A stretch of 63,404 bases of DNA, counting the filler, from Octopus bimaculoides (Eukaryota), in NCBI RefSeq assembly GCF_001194135.2. It is 5 parts of 5 records of this genome, joined end to end, with 100 filler letters (N's around TTAATTAATTAA, not from the genome) between each part and the next. Parts side by side here need not be neighbours in the genome. Positions count along the whole stretch, not along the records: positions 45,023 to 55,208 come from NC_068990.1; positions 55,309 to 63,404 come from NC_068982.1; 3 more parts are not named here. The stretch is one strand, 5' to 3'. The translations under genes and the position numbers were made by a program. The notes below the pieces were generated by a model. The model saw nothing but the letters and a program-made list of their open reading frames with translations, was not told the origin of the DNA and ran no database searches. Of this stretch, positions 51,140 to 63,404 are shown one piece after another. Every line of letters begins with the position of its first letter. Position 1 is the stretch's first letter.

Positions 51140-52571
51140 GTATGTATGTATAAATGTATGTATATATGTGTGCCTGCACGGAAGCATGTATGCATGTATG
51201 TATCATACGTATGTATACAGGCATGCAATCGTGTATGTATGTCAGTATGTATGTATGTATGTATGTATGGATGGATGGATGGATGGATGCATGGATGGAT
51301 GGATGGACGGATGGAAGTCTGTATGTGAGTACTTATGCATTCTATGTCTGTATAGAGAGGAAAAATGGAGGGTTGGATGAATGAATGGACAGACGTTTGG
51401 AATGATGCATACGTATACGGAAGTATGGATGCATGCCAATAGGTATACATAGATGTAATTGTTAAGTACGTATGGATGCATACATGTGTATGTGCATGTG
51501 AGTATCTGAACAGGAATGCATTTCATGATTATGTGGTGGCGACATATGTACTGACATATAAGAATACCCCCTTCCAGTGTTGACATGTCTTATGAAATGA
51601 TATCTTTGACGTCTTACGTACGCAGCAGTTGTCCAGGCATAATGTAATTGATAAATTACAAACGCTGTTACTGTCGTAGATTCATACATACACATATACA
51701 TGCATATATATATATATATATATATATATANNNNNNNNNNNNNNNNNNNNNNNNNNNNNNNNNNNNNNNNNNNNNNNNNNNNNNNNNNNNNNNNNNNNNN
51801 NNNNNNNNNNNNNNNNNNNNNNNNNNNNNNNNNNNNNNNNNNNNNNNNNNNNNNNNNNNNNNNNNNNNNNNNNNNNNNNNNNNNNNNNNNNNNNNNNNNN
51901 NNNNNNNNNNNNNNNNNNNNNNNNNNNNNNNNNNNNNNNNNNNNNNNNNNNNNNNNNNNNNNNNNNNNNNNNNNNNNNNNNNNNNNNNNNNNNNNNNNNN
52001 NNNNNNNNNNNNNNNNNNNNNNNNNNNNNNNNNNNNNNNNNNNNNNNNNNNNNNNNNNNNNNNNNNNNNNNNNNNNNNNNNNNNNNNNNNNNNNNNNNNN
52101 NNNNNNNNNNNNNNNNNNNNNNNNNNNNNNNNNNNNNNNNNNNNNNNNNNNNNNNNNNNNNNNNNNNNNNNNNNNNNNNNNNNNNNNNNNNNNNNNNNNN
52201 NNNNNNNNNNNNNNNNNNNNNNNNNNNNNNNNNNNNNNNNNNNNNNNNNNNNNNNNNNNNNNNNNNNNNNNNNNNNNNNNNNNNNNNNNNNNNNNNNNNN
52301 NNNNNNNNNNNNNNNNNNNNNNNNNNNNNNNNNNNNNNNNNNNNNNNNNNNNNNNNNNNNNNNNNNNNNNNNNNNNNNNNNNNNNNNNNNNNNNNNNNNN
52401 NNNNNNNNNNNNNNNNNNNNNNNNNNNNNNNNNATAAATGCGAAAAAAGTTGGAAAAAATAGTACTCGAATACCAGACGTAGAATATATGCTTTATTAGA
52501 AAGAAACAAAAATATCACAAAAACTGTGATATTTTTGCATCTTTTTAATAATAATAATAATAATAATAATA

Positions 52572-52648
<77 letters not shown>

Positions 52649-52824
52649 ATGTTTGTGTGTGTGTGTGTGTGTGTGTATGTGTGTGTGTATGTATGCGTGT
52701 ATACTCACAGACTTCTGCATATGTGTTATTGTCACTTGTTATATTGTCAAGTGTACGCATGTACGTGTGTTATGTGTTTGATACAGTGTATTATGTTGTC
52801 CAACGTATTATTTTCTATATATAG

Positions 52825-52872
52825 AAAAATGTACAGACGGACCAAAGGAGCAACTTCGATGATATAACATGA
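52825..52872 (+). CDS. Possible terminal exon KNVQTDQRSNFDDIT*
   Basis: Acceptor tattattttctatatatag, phase 0 compatible. The gap 51731-52433 may hide other exons. Confidence 0.25.
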   Translation, partial: KNVQTDQRSNFDDIT

Positions 52873-54030
52873 TGTAACAAAAAAAAAATAACTGTGAATC
52901 TACTGGAACTCTTTGGTCGCCTTATTAATCAGAATACCTTCTTATTAACCAGAATACTTAGTAATGTAAAAGAAGTGGAAACTGTACTGCGAACATGTCT
53001 CTATGGACAATCATTCATTCATACATGTTTCTAATTTCTGATCACGAAAGATTTCGCATCTTTTACCGCTATTCATCGTACACGTGCTTGGGATAGATAA
53101 ATATGGTCTCTTCTTTGATTGCGTCTTATATGGCTATACAATTTCATATATATAAGTATACACNNNNNNNNNNNNNNNNNNNNNNNNNNNNNNNNNNNNN
53201 NNNNNNNNNNNNNNNNNNNNNNNNNNNNNNNNNNNNNNNNNNNNNNNNNNNNNNNNNNNNNNNNNNNNNNNNNNNNNNNNNNNNNNNNNNNNNNNNNNNN
53301 NNNNNNNNNNNNNNNNNNNNNNNNNNNNNNNNNNNNNNNNNNNNNNNNNNNNNNNNNNNNNNNNNNNNNNNNNNNNNNNNNNNNNNNNNNNNNNNNNNNN
53401 NNNNNNNNNNNNNNNNNNNNNNNNNNNNNNNNNNNNNNNNNNNNNNNNNNNNNNNNNNNNNNNNNNNNNNNNNNNNNNNNNNNNNNNNNNNNNNNNNNNN
53501 NNNNNNNNNNNNNNNNNNNNNNNNNNNNNNNNNNNNNNNNNNNNNNNNNNNNNNNNNNNNNNNNNNNNNNNNNNNNNNNNNNNNNNNNNNNNNNNNNNNN
53601 NNNNNNNNNNNNNNNNNNNNNNNNNNNNNNNNNNNNNNNNNNNNNNNNNNNNNNNNNNNNNNNNNNNNNNNNNNNNNNNNNNNNNNNNNNNNNNNNNNNN
53701 NNNNNNNNNNNNNNNNNNNNNNNNNNNNNNNNNNNNNNNNNNNNNNNNNNNNNNNNNNNNNNNNNNNNNNNNNNNNNNNNNNNNNNNNNNNNNNNNNNNN
53801 NNNNNNNNNNNNNNNNNNNNNNNNNNNNNNNNNNNNNNNNNNNNNNNNNNNNNNNNNNNNNNNNNNNNNNNNNNNNNNNNNNNNNNNNNNNNNNNNNNNN
53901 NNNNNNNNNNNNNNNNNNNNNNNNNNNNNNNNNNNNNNNNNNNNNNNNNNNNNNNNNNNNNNNNNNNNNNNNNNNNNNNNNNNNNNNNNNNNNNNNNNNN
54001 NNNNNNNNNNNNNNNNNNNNNNNNNNNNNN

Positions 54031-54099
<69 letters not shown>

Positions 54100-54399
54100 G
54101 TATTAGGGAATAAATTCCAAAACCTACAGAGAAAAATTCAATTTAGAAATATTAAATCAAATTTCCCAATATAAAATATATATATATAATTTAAAGAAAA
54201 CTCACTTTCAAATAATTCAACAAAGAATAATTCAACTCACACCCTCCAGAAAACAAATATATCACAAAAACCTTATTCAAAAAATTAATAAAATACAAAA
54301 AGAATAACTAATAAATGGTATCAAATGACTACGCACGTTTCGTGGTTATATTTTCAAATAGATAACTACTAAAACCTATTATATATATATATGTACATA

Positions 54400-54612
54400 C
54401 ATGTATGTTTGTGCGTCTGTGTTTCCTCCCGCCACCATCGGTTTATAACCGATGTTGGTGTGTTTACGTCCCAGTAACTTAGCAGTTCGGCAAAAGACAC
54501 CGATAGAGTAAGTACTAGGCTTACAAAGGATGTCCTGAGGTCGATTTGCTTGACCAAACGGCGGTGCTCTACCATAGACACAGTCAAATGACTGAATGAA
54601 ATAAAAGAATAC
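54400..54612 (+). mobile_element. SINE family B, 3' part
   Basis: accgatgttggtgtgtttacgtcccagtaacttagcagttcggcaaaagacaccgatag. Confidence 0.9.
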
Positions 54613-55252
54613 GTTTTTAATTGAAATTTGGCAGAGTTAGGTTTACCACGGAAGAGTTCGCCATTAAGTTGATGAAATTTAGAAAATTAATAACTTGCTT
54701 ATTGCAACTATAAAAATGAAAAATTCATATTATTTAATTCTATTTTAAGGTGATAAATTTTCTTGTGAAAATTGTTATGCATTTCATCATTTTGTATAAG
54801 CAATAAAAAATTGTTATCAATATTTAATGATAATCATTGTATGAGTGTCACACTTCCTGATTGGTTCCAGAAGAGCAGTATTATACTTCGAAATACACCG
54901 GTCTTACGACGGGTAACACTGTAGTCTCATTATGTCAGCTTAGAAAAAAAAAATTACAATCCATGATATACATATACCATACTTTTCAAGGGACCAAATA
55001 CTCTGTGTTACATTTTTACCAGTGAGAGTTACTCCTAAATTACTATATTACTCCTAAAGTGTCAATGCAGTAGACATACATCGCCACGTATGCACAAACG
55101 CTTACAGGCATAAAGATGTAGAAAACGTAGTCAGACAGATGTGTAACGCTATGCTGGTTTTCAATGCACGTATAGTGGGGAACTTACAAAAACACAGACA
55201 TCTGTCTANNNNNNNNNNNNNNNNNNNNNNNNNNNNNNNNNNNNNNNNNNNN

Positions 55253-55264
55253 TTAATTAATTAA
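55253..55264. other. Assembly linker TTAATTAATTAA
   Basis: Same 100-nt spacer. Confidence 0.95.
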
Positions 55265-55309
55265 NNNNNNNNNNNNNNNNNNNNNNNNNNNNNNNNNNNN
55301 NNNNNNNNC

Positions 55310-55568
55310 TTGTTTATGGCTAGTGTTTCCAGAATCCACGTGTGGGGAACACTGTCAAAAGCCTTTTGGTAGTCCACCCAGGCCATACTGAGGCCTTTTT
55401 TCTTTCTGCGGCTGTCTTCAGTTATGGCTTTATTGATCAATAATTAGTCTTTACAGCTGTATGAGCCCTTGCAGCATCCCTTCTGCTCTTCTGGAAACAG
55501 GTTGTTATTTTCCAGGTGCTTACTCATTCTCTGCGATATTATTGCAGTAAAGGCTTTGTAGATCGTAT
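55310..55568 (-). mobile_element. R4/Dong-like reverse transcriptase fragment
   Basis: IYKAFTAIISQRMSKHLENNNLFPEEQKGCCKGSYSCKD*LLINKAI...LSMAWVDYQKAFDSVPHTWI. Its 5' edge abuts (AAT)n. Confidence 0.85.
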
Positions 55569-55936
55569 ATTATTATTATTATTATTATTATTGTTATTAT
55601 TATTATCATCATCATTATCACCCACATATTAATATAACATTATTAACAAGTATGTTCTTGAATTTACATGTGGAATTATATATTATATTATATAATATTA
55701 CATCATATAATGAAATAAAATAAAACAAAATAGTTAACAAAAGATAATAATATTATAAAAAAATAATATTCAAACGATTAAGCAAAACAAAGAAATGAAT
55801 AATAAATTAATGATAAAGCAAAAAGTTAAATAAAAATTCAAAATAAAAAGAGATAAAATGTGATTTTATGTTGACAGGGCTTTAAAAGCAGGTCAGTAAA
55901 ATACATCTTTATCACCTGTCAAACAGAAGAATGCTC

Positions 55937-56152
55937 ATGAGGGGGTGCTGAAAAGTTCTTGGCTTTGGGTAAAAGAAAATACAGGAGGATCAGTTAATTA
56001 TAATTTTATTCAACATGTTCCCCTCTCAGATTCATGCATTTATTGCAGTGGTCCTTCAGTTATTTTGAGCCCTATAAAAAAAACTCAGAAGGTTGGACCT
56101 TTAGCCAAGCCTTTCATGATACCCTTTTCAGGAACTTTTCAGCACTTTCATA
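55937..56152. mobile_element. Mariner-derived MITE
   Basis: TIRs atgagggggtgctgaaaagttc / ggaacttttcagcactttcata. Internal ggaggatcagttaatta is shared with 50188. Confidence 0.8.
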
Positions 56153-56236
56153 TACATACAAATCTGCACACATACAAACATTAATGATATATATATGAAG
56201 GTTATTTATATAAAAATGGGGTATATATAAAAAAAA

Positions 56237-56830
56237 TGTCGGCGAGCTGGCAGAATCGTTAGCACACTGGGTGAAATGCTTAACGGTATTTCATCTGCCA
56301 TTACGTTCTGAGTTCAAATTCTGCCAAGTTCAACTTTGCCTTTCATCCTTTCAGGGTCGATTAAATAAGTACTAGTTACACACTGGGGTTGATGTCATCA
56401 TCATCATCATAATCGTTTAACGTCTGCTTTCCATGCTAGCATGGGTTGGACGATTTGACTGAGGACTGGTGAAACCGGATGGCAACACCAGGCTCCAATC
56501 TGATTTGGCAGAGTTTCTACAGCTGGATGCTATTCCTAACGCCAACCACTCAGAGACTGTAGTGGGTGCTTTTACGTGTCACCCGCATGAATGCCAGTCA
56601 GGCGGTACTGGCAATGGCCATGCTCAAAATGGTGTATTTTATGTGCCACCCGCACAAGAGCCAGTCCAGGGTCACTGGCAACGATCTCGCTCGAAAATCC
56701 TTACACATGTTACGGGCACAAGTGCCAGAAAGGCGACGCTGGGCACAGGTGCTATCCCGATTTCACTTTCGCTTGCCCCGTCCATGTTTATCCCCTCTGT
56801 GTTTAGCCCCCTGTGGGCAATAAAGAAAAA
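56237..56830 (+). mobile_element. SINE family A split by an opposite-strand RTE-tail element (56397-56775)
   Basis: Family A head and body 56237-56395 and tail 56785-56830 flank a (CAT)n-started element matching the RTE tail at 33838-33890. Confidence 0.8.
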
Positions 56831-56917
56831 TATATAAAAAAATAGGATATGTATAAAACCCCCACAAAACTTGGTGTTGGCATATAAACCATCTTGTTAA
56901 GAATTGTGAAAAATGTA

Positions 56918-57170
56918 TTGGGTTGGTGCATAATTATTGTAGCCTTTTTATCACCAAATTTTATTTTAACAGAAACAATAATAACATTTAGCAAAAACAT
57001 CTTTAAATGATTATTCTCAAGCATATTCACAATCTACTTCACTTATTGCTTCCCATTTGCTTGGCAGACAGTCAGACCATCATTTAAAGATGTTTTTGCT
57101 AAATATTGTTATTGTTTTTGTTGAATAAAATTTGTTGAAAAAAGGCCACAATAATCACGCACCAACCCAG
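56918..57170. mobile_element. Mariner-type palindromic MITE with TA flanks
   Basis: TA|ttgggttggtgcataattattg...tttagcaaaaacatctttaaatga is inverted to tcatttaaagatgtttttgctaaa...caataatcacgcaccaacccag|TA. Confidence 0.9.
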
Positions 57171-58554
57171 TATAAATGGATTACAAATGTAAATCTCTCT
57201 TAGTAAGCCTCTAAATTACAGGGATATAAACAAAACTAGAAAGCATAAAAAATGGCTAATATTTCCTTCAAATTTTGTTTTTGTTACATTTATTCAAACC
57301 CCCCCCCCCCNNNNNNNNNNCCCCCCCAGTCCCTCTTGACACATGGCTATGATGCTCCCCTACTACTGCTCATTACCAGAAATGAACATATCAACCACTA
57401 AGGGACATGTTCAGGTGTTTAAAGTCAAGCAACTAACAAGCAAATCTCTGATACTGAGTAGAATATTTGTTATAATGATATTTCATCTTCAGCAACTCAG
57501 TCTTGAATCTATCTGAAATGTAAGCAAAGTTTAAAGGGAATATTAGTCATTTCTTTTGATTTCTAGATAGAAGCAAATTGGAAATAACACTTACTCTGAC
57601 CAAAGACAAAAGAAAGAAAAAAAACTCGTTCCACACAGTTATTGGTTTCATTCTTTCATTGGGGGTTTTGCTTGTTTTTCTTTGGGGTTTTACCAAAAAT
57701 CAAAAGAAAAGGAAGAATAAATTTAATAGAGTGATCCAAGAACATTACAGTTTTATCTTATTTCTGATAATATCAACTATCTTAAGTACATATAAGATAC
57801 ATGTTCAAGGTGTAATGCTGTAGGATAAACTCCAAACTCCATGGTTACTAATCAAACTTCAGAACCACATAGCCATACCTATGACTATGTCCATGCCTGT
57901 TCCATCATAGTTCCATCAATGGTATATTTCAACAGATTTCTGTCATAACAAGTTTCATTCTTTCTTGGGGGGGGGGGGTTGCTTGTTTTTCTTTGGGGTT
58001 TTACCAAAAAAAAAAAAAAAANNNNNNNNNNNNNNNNNNNNNNNNNNNNNNNNNNNNNNNNNNNNNNNNNNNNNNNNNNNNNNNNNNNNATAAAAATGTA
58101 ATAAAGAAATATGAAATCAAAACAACGACAATAGCAACAATGATAATTTTGGAATCTTTATCAGCGTGTGTAAACCAAGATAAAATTAAACACTACCATC
58201 AACGATAATAACATTATCACCTGACATGAAGAGAAAAAGAAAAAAGACTGTATTCCTCTCAACCATAATAGCAGCAGCAGCGACGGCATCACCACCACCA
58301 CCACCAACAACAATAACAACAACAACAGTGACTGTAGCGCCAAAGAAGATGAGGATAACGACAATGTTAACAATGATGATGATGATGATGATGGTGATAA
58401 TGGTGTATAAAATGCATTAAAATATATCAAGATATGTATATGTATACAAATGTATGTTTATTCCTAAATACCGTTCTTATATGAAATGCATTAAAATATA
58501 TCAGGAATATATCTATATCTATACCTGAGTGTATATATGTGTATGTGTGGGTGC

Positions 58555-58589
<35 letters not shown>

Positions 58590-59769
58590 TATATATATAT
58601 ATATACATACATATGTATATGTATGTATATAATTATTATTATCAATGATGTATGTATACACACATGTATATACATGTTTTAATACCATCATTTAAAAAAA
58701 TATAGATAACTTATTGCTGTTGAGAGAAATTTTGTATGAATTATCACTGCTAAAGCGCAATACATTAAATTCAAAGAGGTACCAAAACTGATGGAATATA
58801 AAAACAGTTTGATATATATCAGGATTTATTTTCCTCCATTCCTCGCTTCCCCACTTTTTAATAAAGATATTACCAGATATTAAGAAGTAAATAGTCTGAA
58901 AGCAATGAGGTGGACAAAAGAGAATCTACTTCATCTGGAAAATAATTTGAATATGCATGTATGTATATATGTATGTATGCATCTATGTATGTATGAATGT
59001 ATGCATGTATGTACACAAGTATGTATGCATGTGTACATATGTATATATATGTGTGTGTGTATGTGTATATATATATATATATGTAGCTGATGTCATAAAA
59101 ATTTATAAACTTTGAGTGAACATGACGTAATTTTTTTTTCTCTTTGGAATGGTGGTTCTTGAAGCAGATAAAGCTATAATTAATAGTGTGTAAATGTTGG
59201 GTTATAAATTCGTTTTGGAAAGAAAAAAGTCAAAGGCTGGCAATGGGACTCGAATCTATATCTCTTGTAAATATTAAAGATGTTCTACCATTAGACCAAA
59301 ACAATCCCTCAAATTTCTTAATTCATTTACTATCTTTGTTTGTACCCACAAGAATTGTATGTTGTTGATGCCATAATAATTTATAAGCAGTTATTTATAG
59401 CTTTATCCTGCTTCAAGAGACACTGTTCCCCAGCCTGCCCCCAAATGAAAGAAGTATTATGCACACGTGCACACATACACGCTCACATGCATTTATATAA
59501 ATATATGTATATATATGTATATACATATAAGTAAGCATGTATCTATCATATATATATATATGTGTGTTAGTGTATGTGTGTGTACATATATGTGTGTATG
59601 TATACACACATACAAACATATATATAGTGTACTGTTCCATGATGGTACGATCAACAAAAACATACTCCCTCTGGTGAGAAATAAAAATTATTCAATAAAC
59701 AATGTTTTTACGTGCTACTATTTGTTTCATGTGATGAAAGCATGCCAGACAGTATTATAATATATCTAT

Positions 59770-60720
59770 AATAAGAATAATAATAGTAGACCTAAAAATA
59801 AACCTAGGAAAATAATTTGGTTTACCACCTTCATTTTTTTTCCCTTAATGTAAAAACTAACATAGGTAAAAAAATTCCTGTCACTCCTAGACAAACATGT
59901 TCCAAAAGATCACAGGTACAGAAAAATATTTAACAGGTGCTCAGGGAAATTATCATATAGCTGCTGCTCCAGTATGAAAAGCGTCATTACGTGAGAACAA
60001 TACCAAGAGCTCACTCACAGTTGTAACTGTTGAGATCCAGGAACCTGTCCACTTGACCAAGGATGCATGATTAAATCCTTCATATATGTGGTAGAAGTCA
60101 CAGCAATGTTAGATGATAACACAACTGATAAAAAGAGTCATGTTGGACTATGTGAAGGTGACTTCAAAAATCACTATGCTAACCACACATCTTCTTTCTG
60201 GCTAACTACATATGGCATTTGAAGTCTAATGCTACACTGCATACAATAAAATGGAAAATAGTCGATAAATCCACACCATATGCTAACAGATCAAAAAACT
60301 GTAAGCTATGCATAGCTGAAAGAACTCAGATCCTTTTCAGATCTAAGAAATCTAACATGCTGTTGAATTCTAGATCCAAAATATTCAGTGGTTGTAAGCT
60401 TATGGCTAAGTTTCTATTGACAAATTGGAAAGTGCCACCGTCTCTGAATTCAGTAACTGTACCACAGACTCTAAGCCACTATCTTTTCAGGGGAAATAAC
60501 ACAAATTCCCTTCTTTTGCTTCTTTCTGTTTTCTTTTTCATTTTCCAGCTTTTCACCCTTCCATCTTTTATATCTACTTCTCTCTCAACTTTTCTCACTT
60601 CTCTCATCCTATCAACCTATTTTTTGTGGGCAGTGCCTGAAGATTGTGCTAGGGCACGAGGCATGTTAAAAAATAATGCTGGTATGCTTTCATTGCATGA
60701 AACTAATAGTAGAACATAAA
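59770..60720 (+). mobile_element. Penelope-like element 1: GIY-YIG endonuclease region plus 3' tail, degenerate
   Basis: KIIWF..F...LNVKTNIGKKFLSLLDKH, then HVGLCEGDFKNHYANHTSSF and WKIVDKSTPYANRSKNCKLCIAERTQIL...LNSRS. Confidence 0.85.
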
Positions 60721-60949
60721 AGCATATATTGTTTGTTAAATTATATATACATATATATATCGTTATAGGTATAACAATACCATAAACAATTATAGAAAAA
60801 TGAAGGAGAAAAAGATGTTGAATCAAAATTAGATTTAATATAAAATAGGATCCAATACATACGTGTGTTTCAAAAGACAATACAAATATGTAAGAAAAAA
60901 ATTATAACCATAGTAATTATAATTAAATTTATATACATGCGCAGAGCAA

Positions 60950-62480
60950 TCATCCTTCTAATATCCTTGATAACATAACCTTATCACATTGAAAATAGAA
61001 TTAACTCATTATCCTCGAATGAAGAAATTTTTAATAAGCATAAAGATTATTACAATCTGGCTCTTAGGAATGCTGGTTATAAATATCAAATTAAGTACAA
61101 ATTTAACAATGATTTTTTCCAATCATAACAACAGCTATATGGATATGAATTCCAATAAACACACCACAATTTCTAAGCACCATCATGAATTGGAACGCCC
61201 TGGCACACAACTTAGCTCTACGAAGTATATTTGTAAAGATAATGCCACCATAAAAAAGAAAAAAAGTCTAACAACTTTGGACCAAATAACAAGACTTTTA
61301 CTAACCAGATTTCTACCAAAACCTATTTTTCTAATAAGATAAACAACTGTAATGTCACTGGCAGTCATTACAAGAAAAACATTAACATAGCTGGAAATAA
61401 TAATAATAACACGAAACAAAGTCTTTTCACAAAACATCTCTTATTTCTTCACATACTTTAAATTCCCCACACAACTACATAACCAACTCTAATGATGCCC
61501 AGTATTTTCTTAATAATAATAATAAAGGTGGTAAAAATAAGAATGATAATAACAATATTAATAATATAAATAATAATATTAATAAGAATAGCATTGTTAG
61601 TGATGGTGTTAATATGAGAGGTAAAAAGAAACCTATACTTTTCTTCCAAATAGGGGACTCATTTAATAAAAACCACCATACCAATAAGAAACACAATAAT
61701 GACATAATTTGGATTATATTTCCTCTTGCTAAACATTTGAAGTCTAATTTTATAAAGTTCTATTATTGAATCAAATTTTAGGAAATCTAGGTATACTGAG
61801 ATATTCAATAACAGAATGATTAGATTTGGCTTTTCTGTTTCTCCTAACTTGTTTAGGATTATTTTTTCCTTTAGCAATAAACAACTAAATCTTTACTACA
61901 AGAATTTAATCTCCTCTAATACTTATACTAACCCTAATTATTCAAATAGCTCTGTATCTTCTACCAACGATTCCCATACTCACACAAACTCTTCCTCTAT
62001 CAACACACATACACATAACAATAATACACCTAATATTAGTAACAATTTTAACTGTAGAAACCCTAACACCTGTTAAGTTAAAGGTAATTGTAAAATGAAA
62101 AATGTTGTCTATAAAGCTACTATCACAACACATGATTTCTCTAGGTTTTATTATATAAGTTGCACGCAGAACCCTCTTAAATTACGTTTGAAAATTCATA
62201 AATCATCTTTTAATGATCCTCGGAAAGAAAGTAGTACTAGTTCATTCAGAAAGAGATGGCAACTTAAAAGAGACAACATAAATTTCTCAATTTCTTGGCA
62301 TATTGTTTCTTCTACTCCCTCGTATAGGATTAGAAATAGAACGTACATTTTATGCCTTGAAAAGTCTTATATAATTATGAAAATGAACGGTTCTATCTTA
62401 AATTCGAGAGATAAAAGAGTTTCTCTTGTAAACTTACGTCCAAATTTCTTTTCATTAACCTTAGATTGTCTTACTGATTA
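60950..62480 (+). mobile_element. Penelope-like element 2: RT C-terminus, linker and GIY-YIG, degenerate
   Basis: RINSLSSNEEIFNKHKDYYNLALRNAGY, IFNNRMIRFGFSVSPNL, and CNCRNPNTC*VKGNCKMKNVVYKATI...HKSSF...ISWHIV...CLEKSYII. Confidence 0.85.
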
Positions 62481-63404
62481 CCTCTTTGCCTTTTTCTTAT
62501 AAGCTCTAATTACACTCTAAGGTTATGTGTATGTGTGTATTCTTTGTATGTGTATGTGTGGGTGTATGTACCTTTTCTTTTTTGTGTATATATATATGTG
62601 TGTGTTATGTATGTGTGTTTGTATGTATATGTGTATGACTGTATATCCTTATGTGTTATGTGTATACGTTTTTTCTATCACTTGTAAATTTATAGCATTT
62701 TTCTCCTTCATATATTCGTTTTTTTGTTCCCACTTTTTTCTGATTGTCTCCCTTACCCCGGGCTAGTTTTTGAGTAAGGGAACTATCATTTATTACACCG
62801 GCCAGTCTTGTCTGATCGATGTTTTTTCCTTGTTAAGTTCTCTTTGGCTTTTACTCTGCATGTATTTACATATTTACTCTAATATTGTAACTCTTTTCAA
62901 ATATAGACCTGCCTATCATATTTTAGCCTCGTGTAAAATATATATATACATATATTTTTCGTTTTTCAATATTAATATGTATAACTGTGTTTTTTTTTCT
63001 ACTAGTCCACCTGTTACGTTATATTCTACTATACACACGTGGCTCTGTTTATTATACTTTGTCTCGACCTGTTACCATTTTTTAAAACATATCCGTTAGC
63101 TTTTCATTCTTATTTTTATGTGATAGTTTACCGCACATATAGACGTGCATACACATTGATATTTCTGTCTTTTTTCTCCTTTCGTTTCTCACTATTATTA
63201 TTACTGTTATTTTTCCCCCTTTTAAAAGTTGCTTGCAAATATCCGATTTTTGTCTCTATTACTCCACTTGTATTTTATTTTAACTTACTTTATTTTATTA
63301 AACCTTTTTTGATGTCCTTCCAAAAATTCTTCACACTGATGAAAATGACAATACATAAATATAATTATAATTACTATGGTTATACCTTTTTTCTTGCATA
63401 TTTG

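Noticed and set aside
57493-58960. Chain of small plus-strand exon candidates (57493-57519, ~58726-58778, ~58893-58959)
   Set aside because: The acceptors are weak and the peptides uninformative; indistinguishable from chance without expression data.

Overview
Eukaryotic, AT-rich, microsatellite-saturated draft-genome DNA. Roughly 9 kb (about 14%) is N. The repeat repertoire looks like that of an octopod cephalopod such as Octopus; this is my recognition of the SINE families and is unverified. Four identical N44-TTAATTAATTAA-N44 linkers (24682, 36682, 44967, 55253) split the window into five segments that may not be truly adjacent. Almost every ORF in the track is a translation of a microsatellite or N-run. 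The real content is decayed mobile DNA: three or more tRNA-derived SINE families, Tc1/mariner and maT (DD37D-like) remnants and their MITEs, RTE, L1/Tx1-like and R4/Dong-like LINE fragments, and two Penelope-like (GIY-YIG) elements. No host gene can be named. A few splice-bounded exon candidates exist; the best are a + strand chain at 50.6-52.9 kb and a - strand terminal exon plus a 15-nt microexon at 33.2-34.6 kb. The most interesting signal is a set of hammerhead-ribozyme-like motifs in several unrelated repeats. Two are near-canonical minimal hammerheads (18102, 45352), one sits in a ~328-bp tandem unit whose stem I covaries between copies (retrozyme-like), and one lies downstream of a tRNA-SINE head. 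There are also two SINE dimers that share the same junction.
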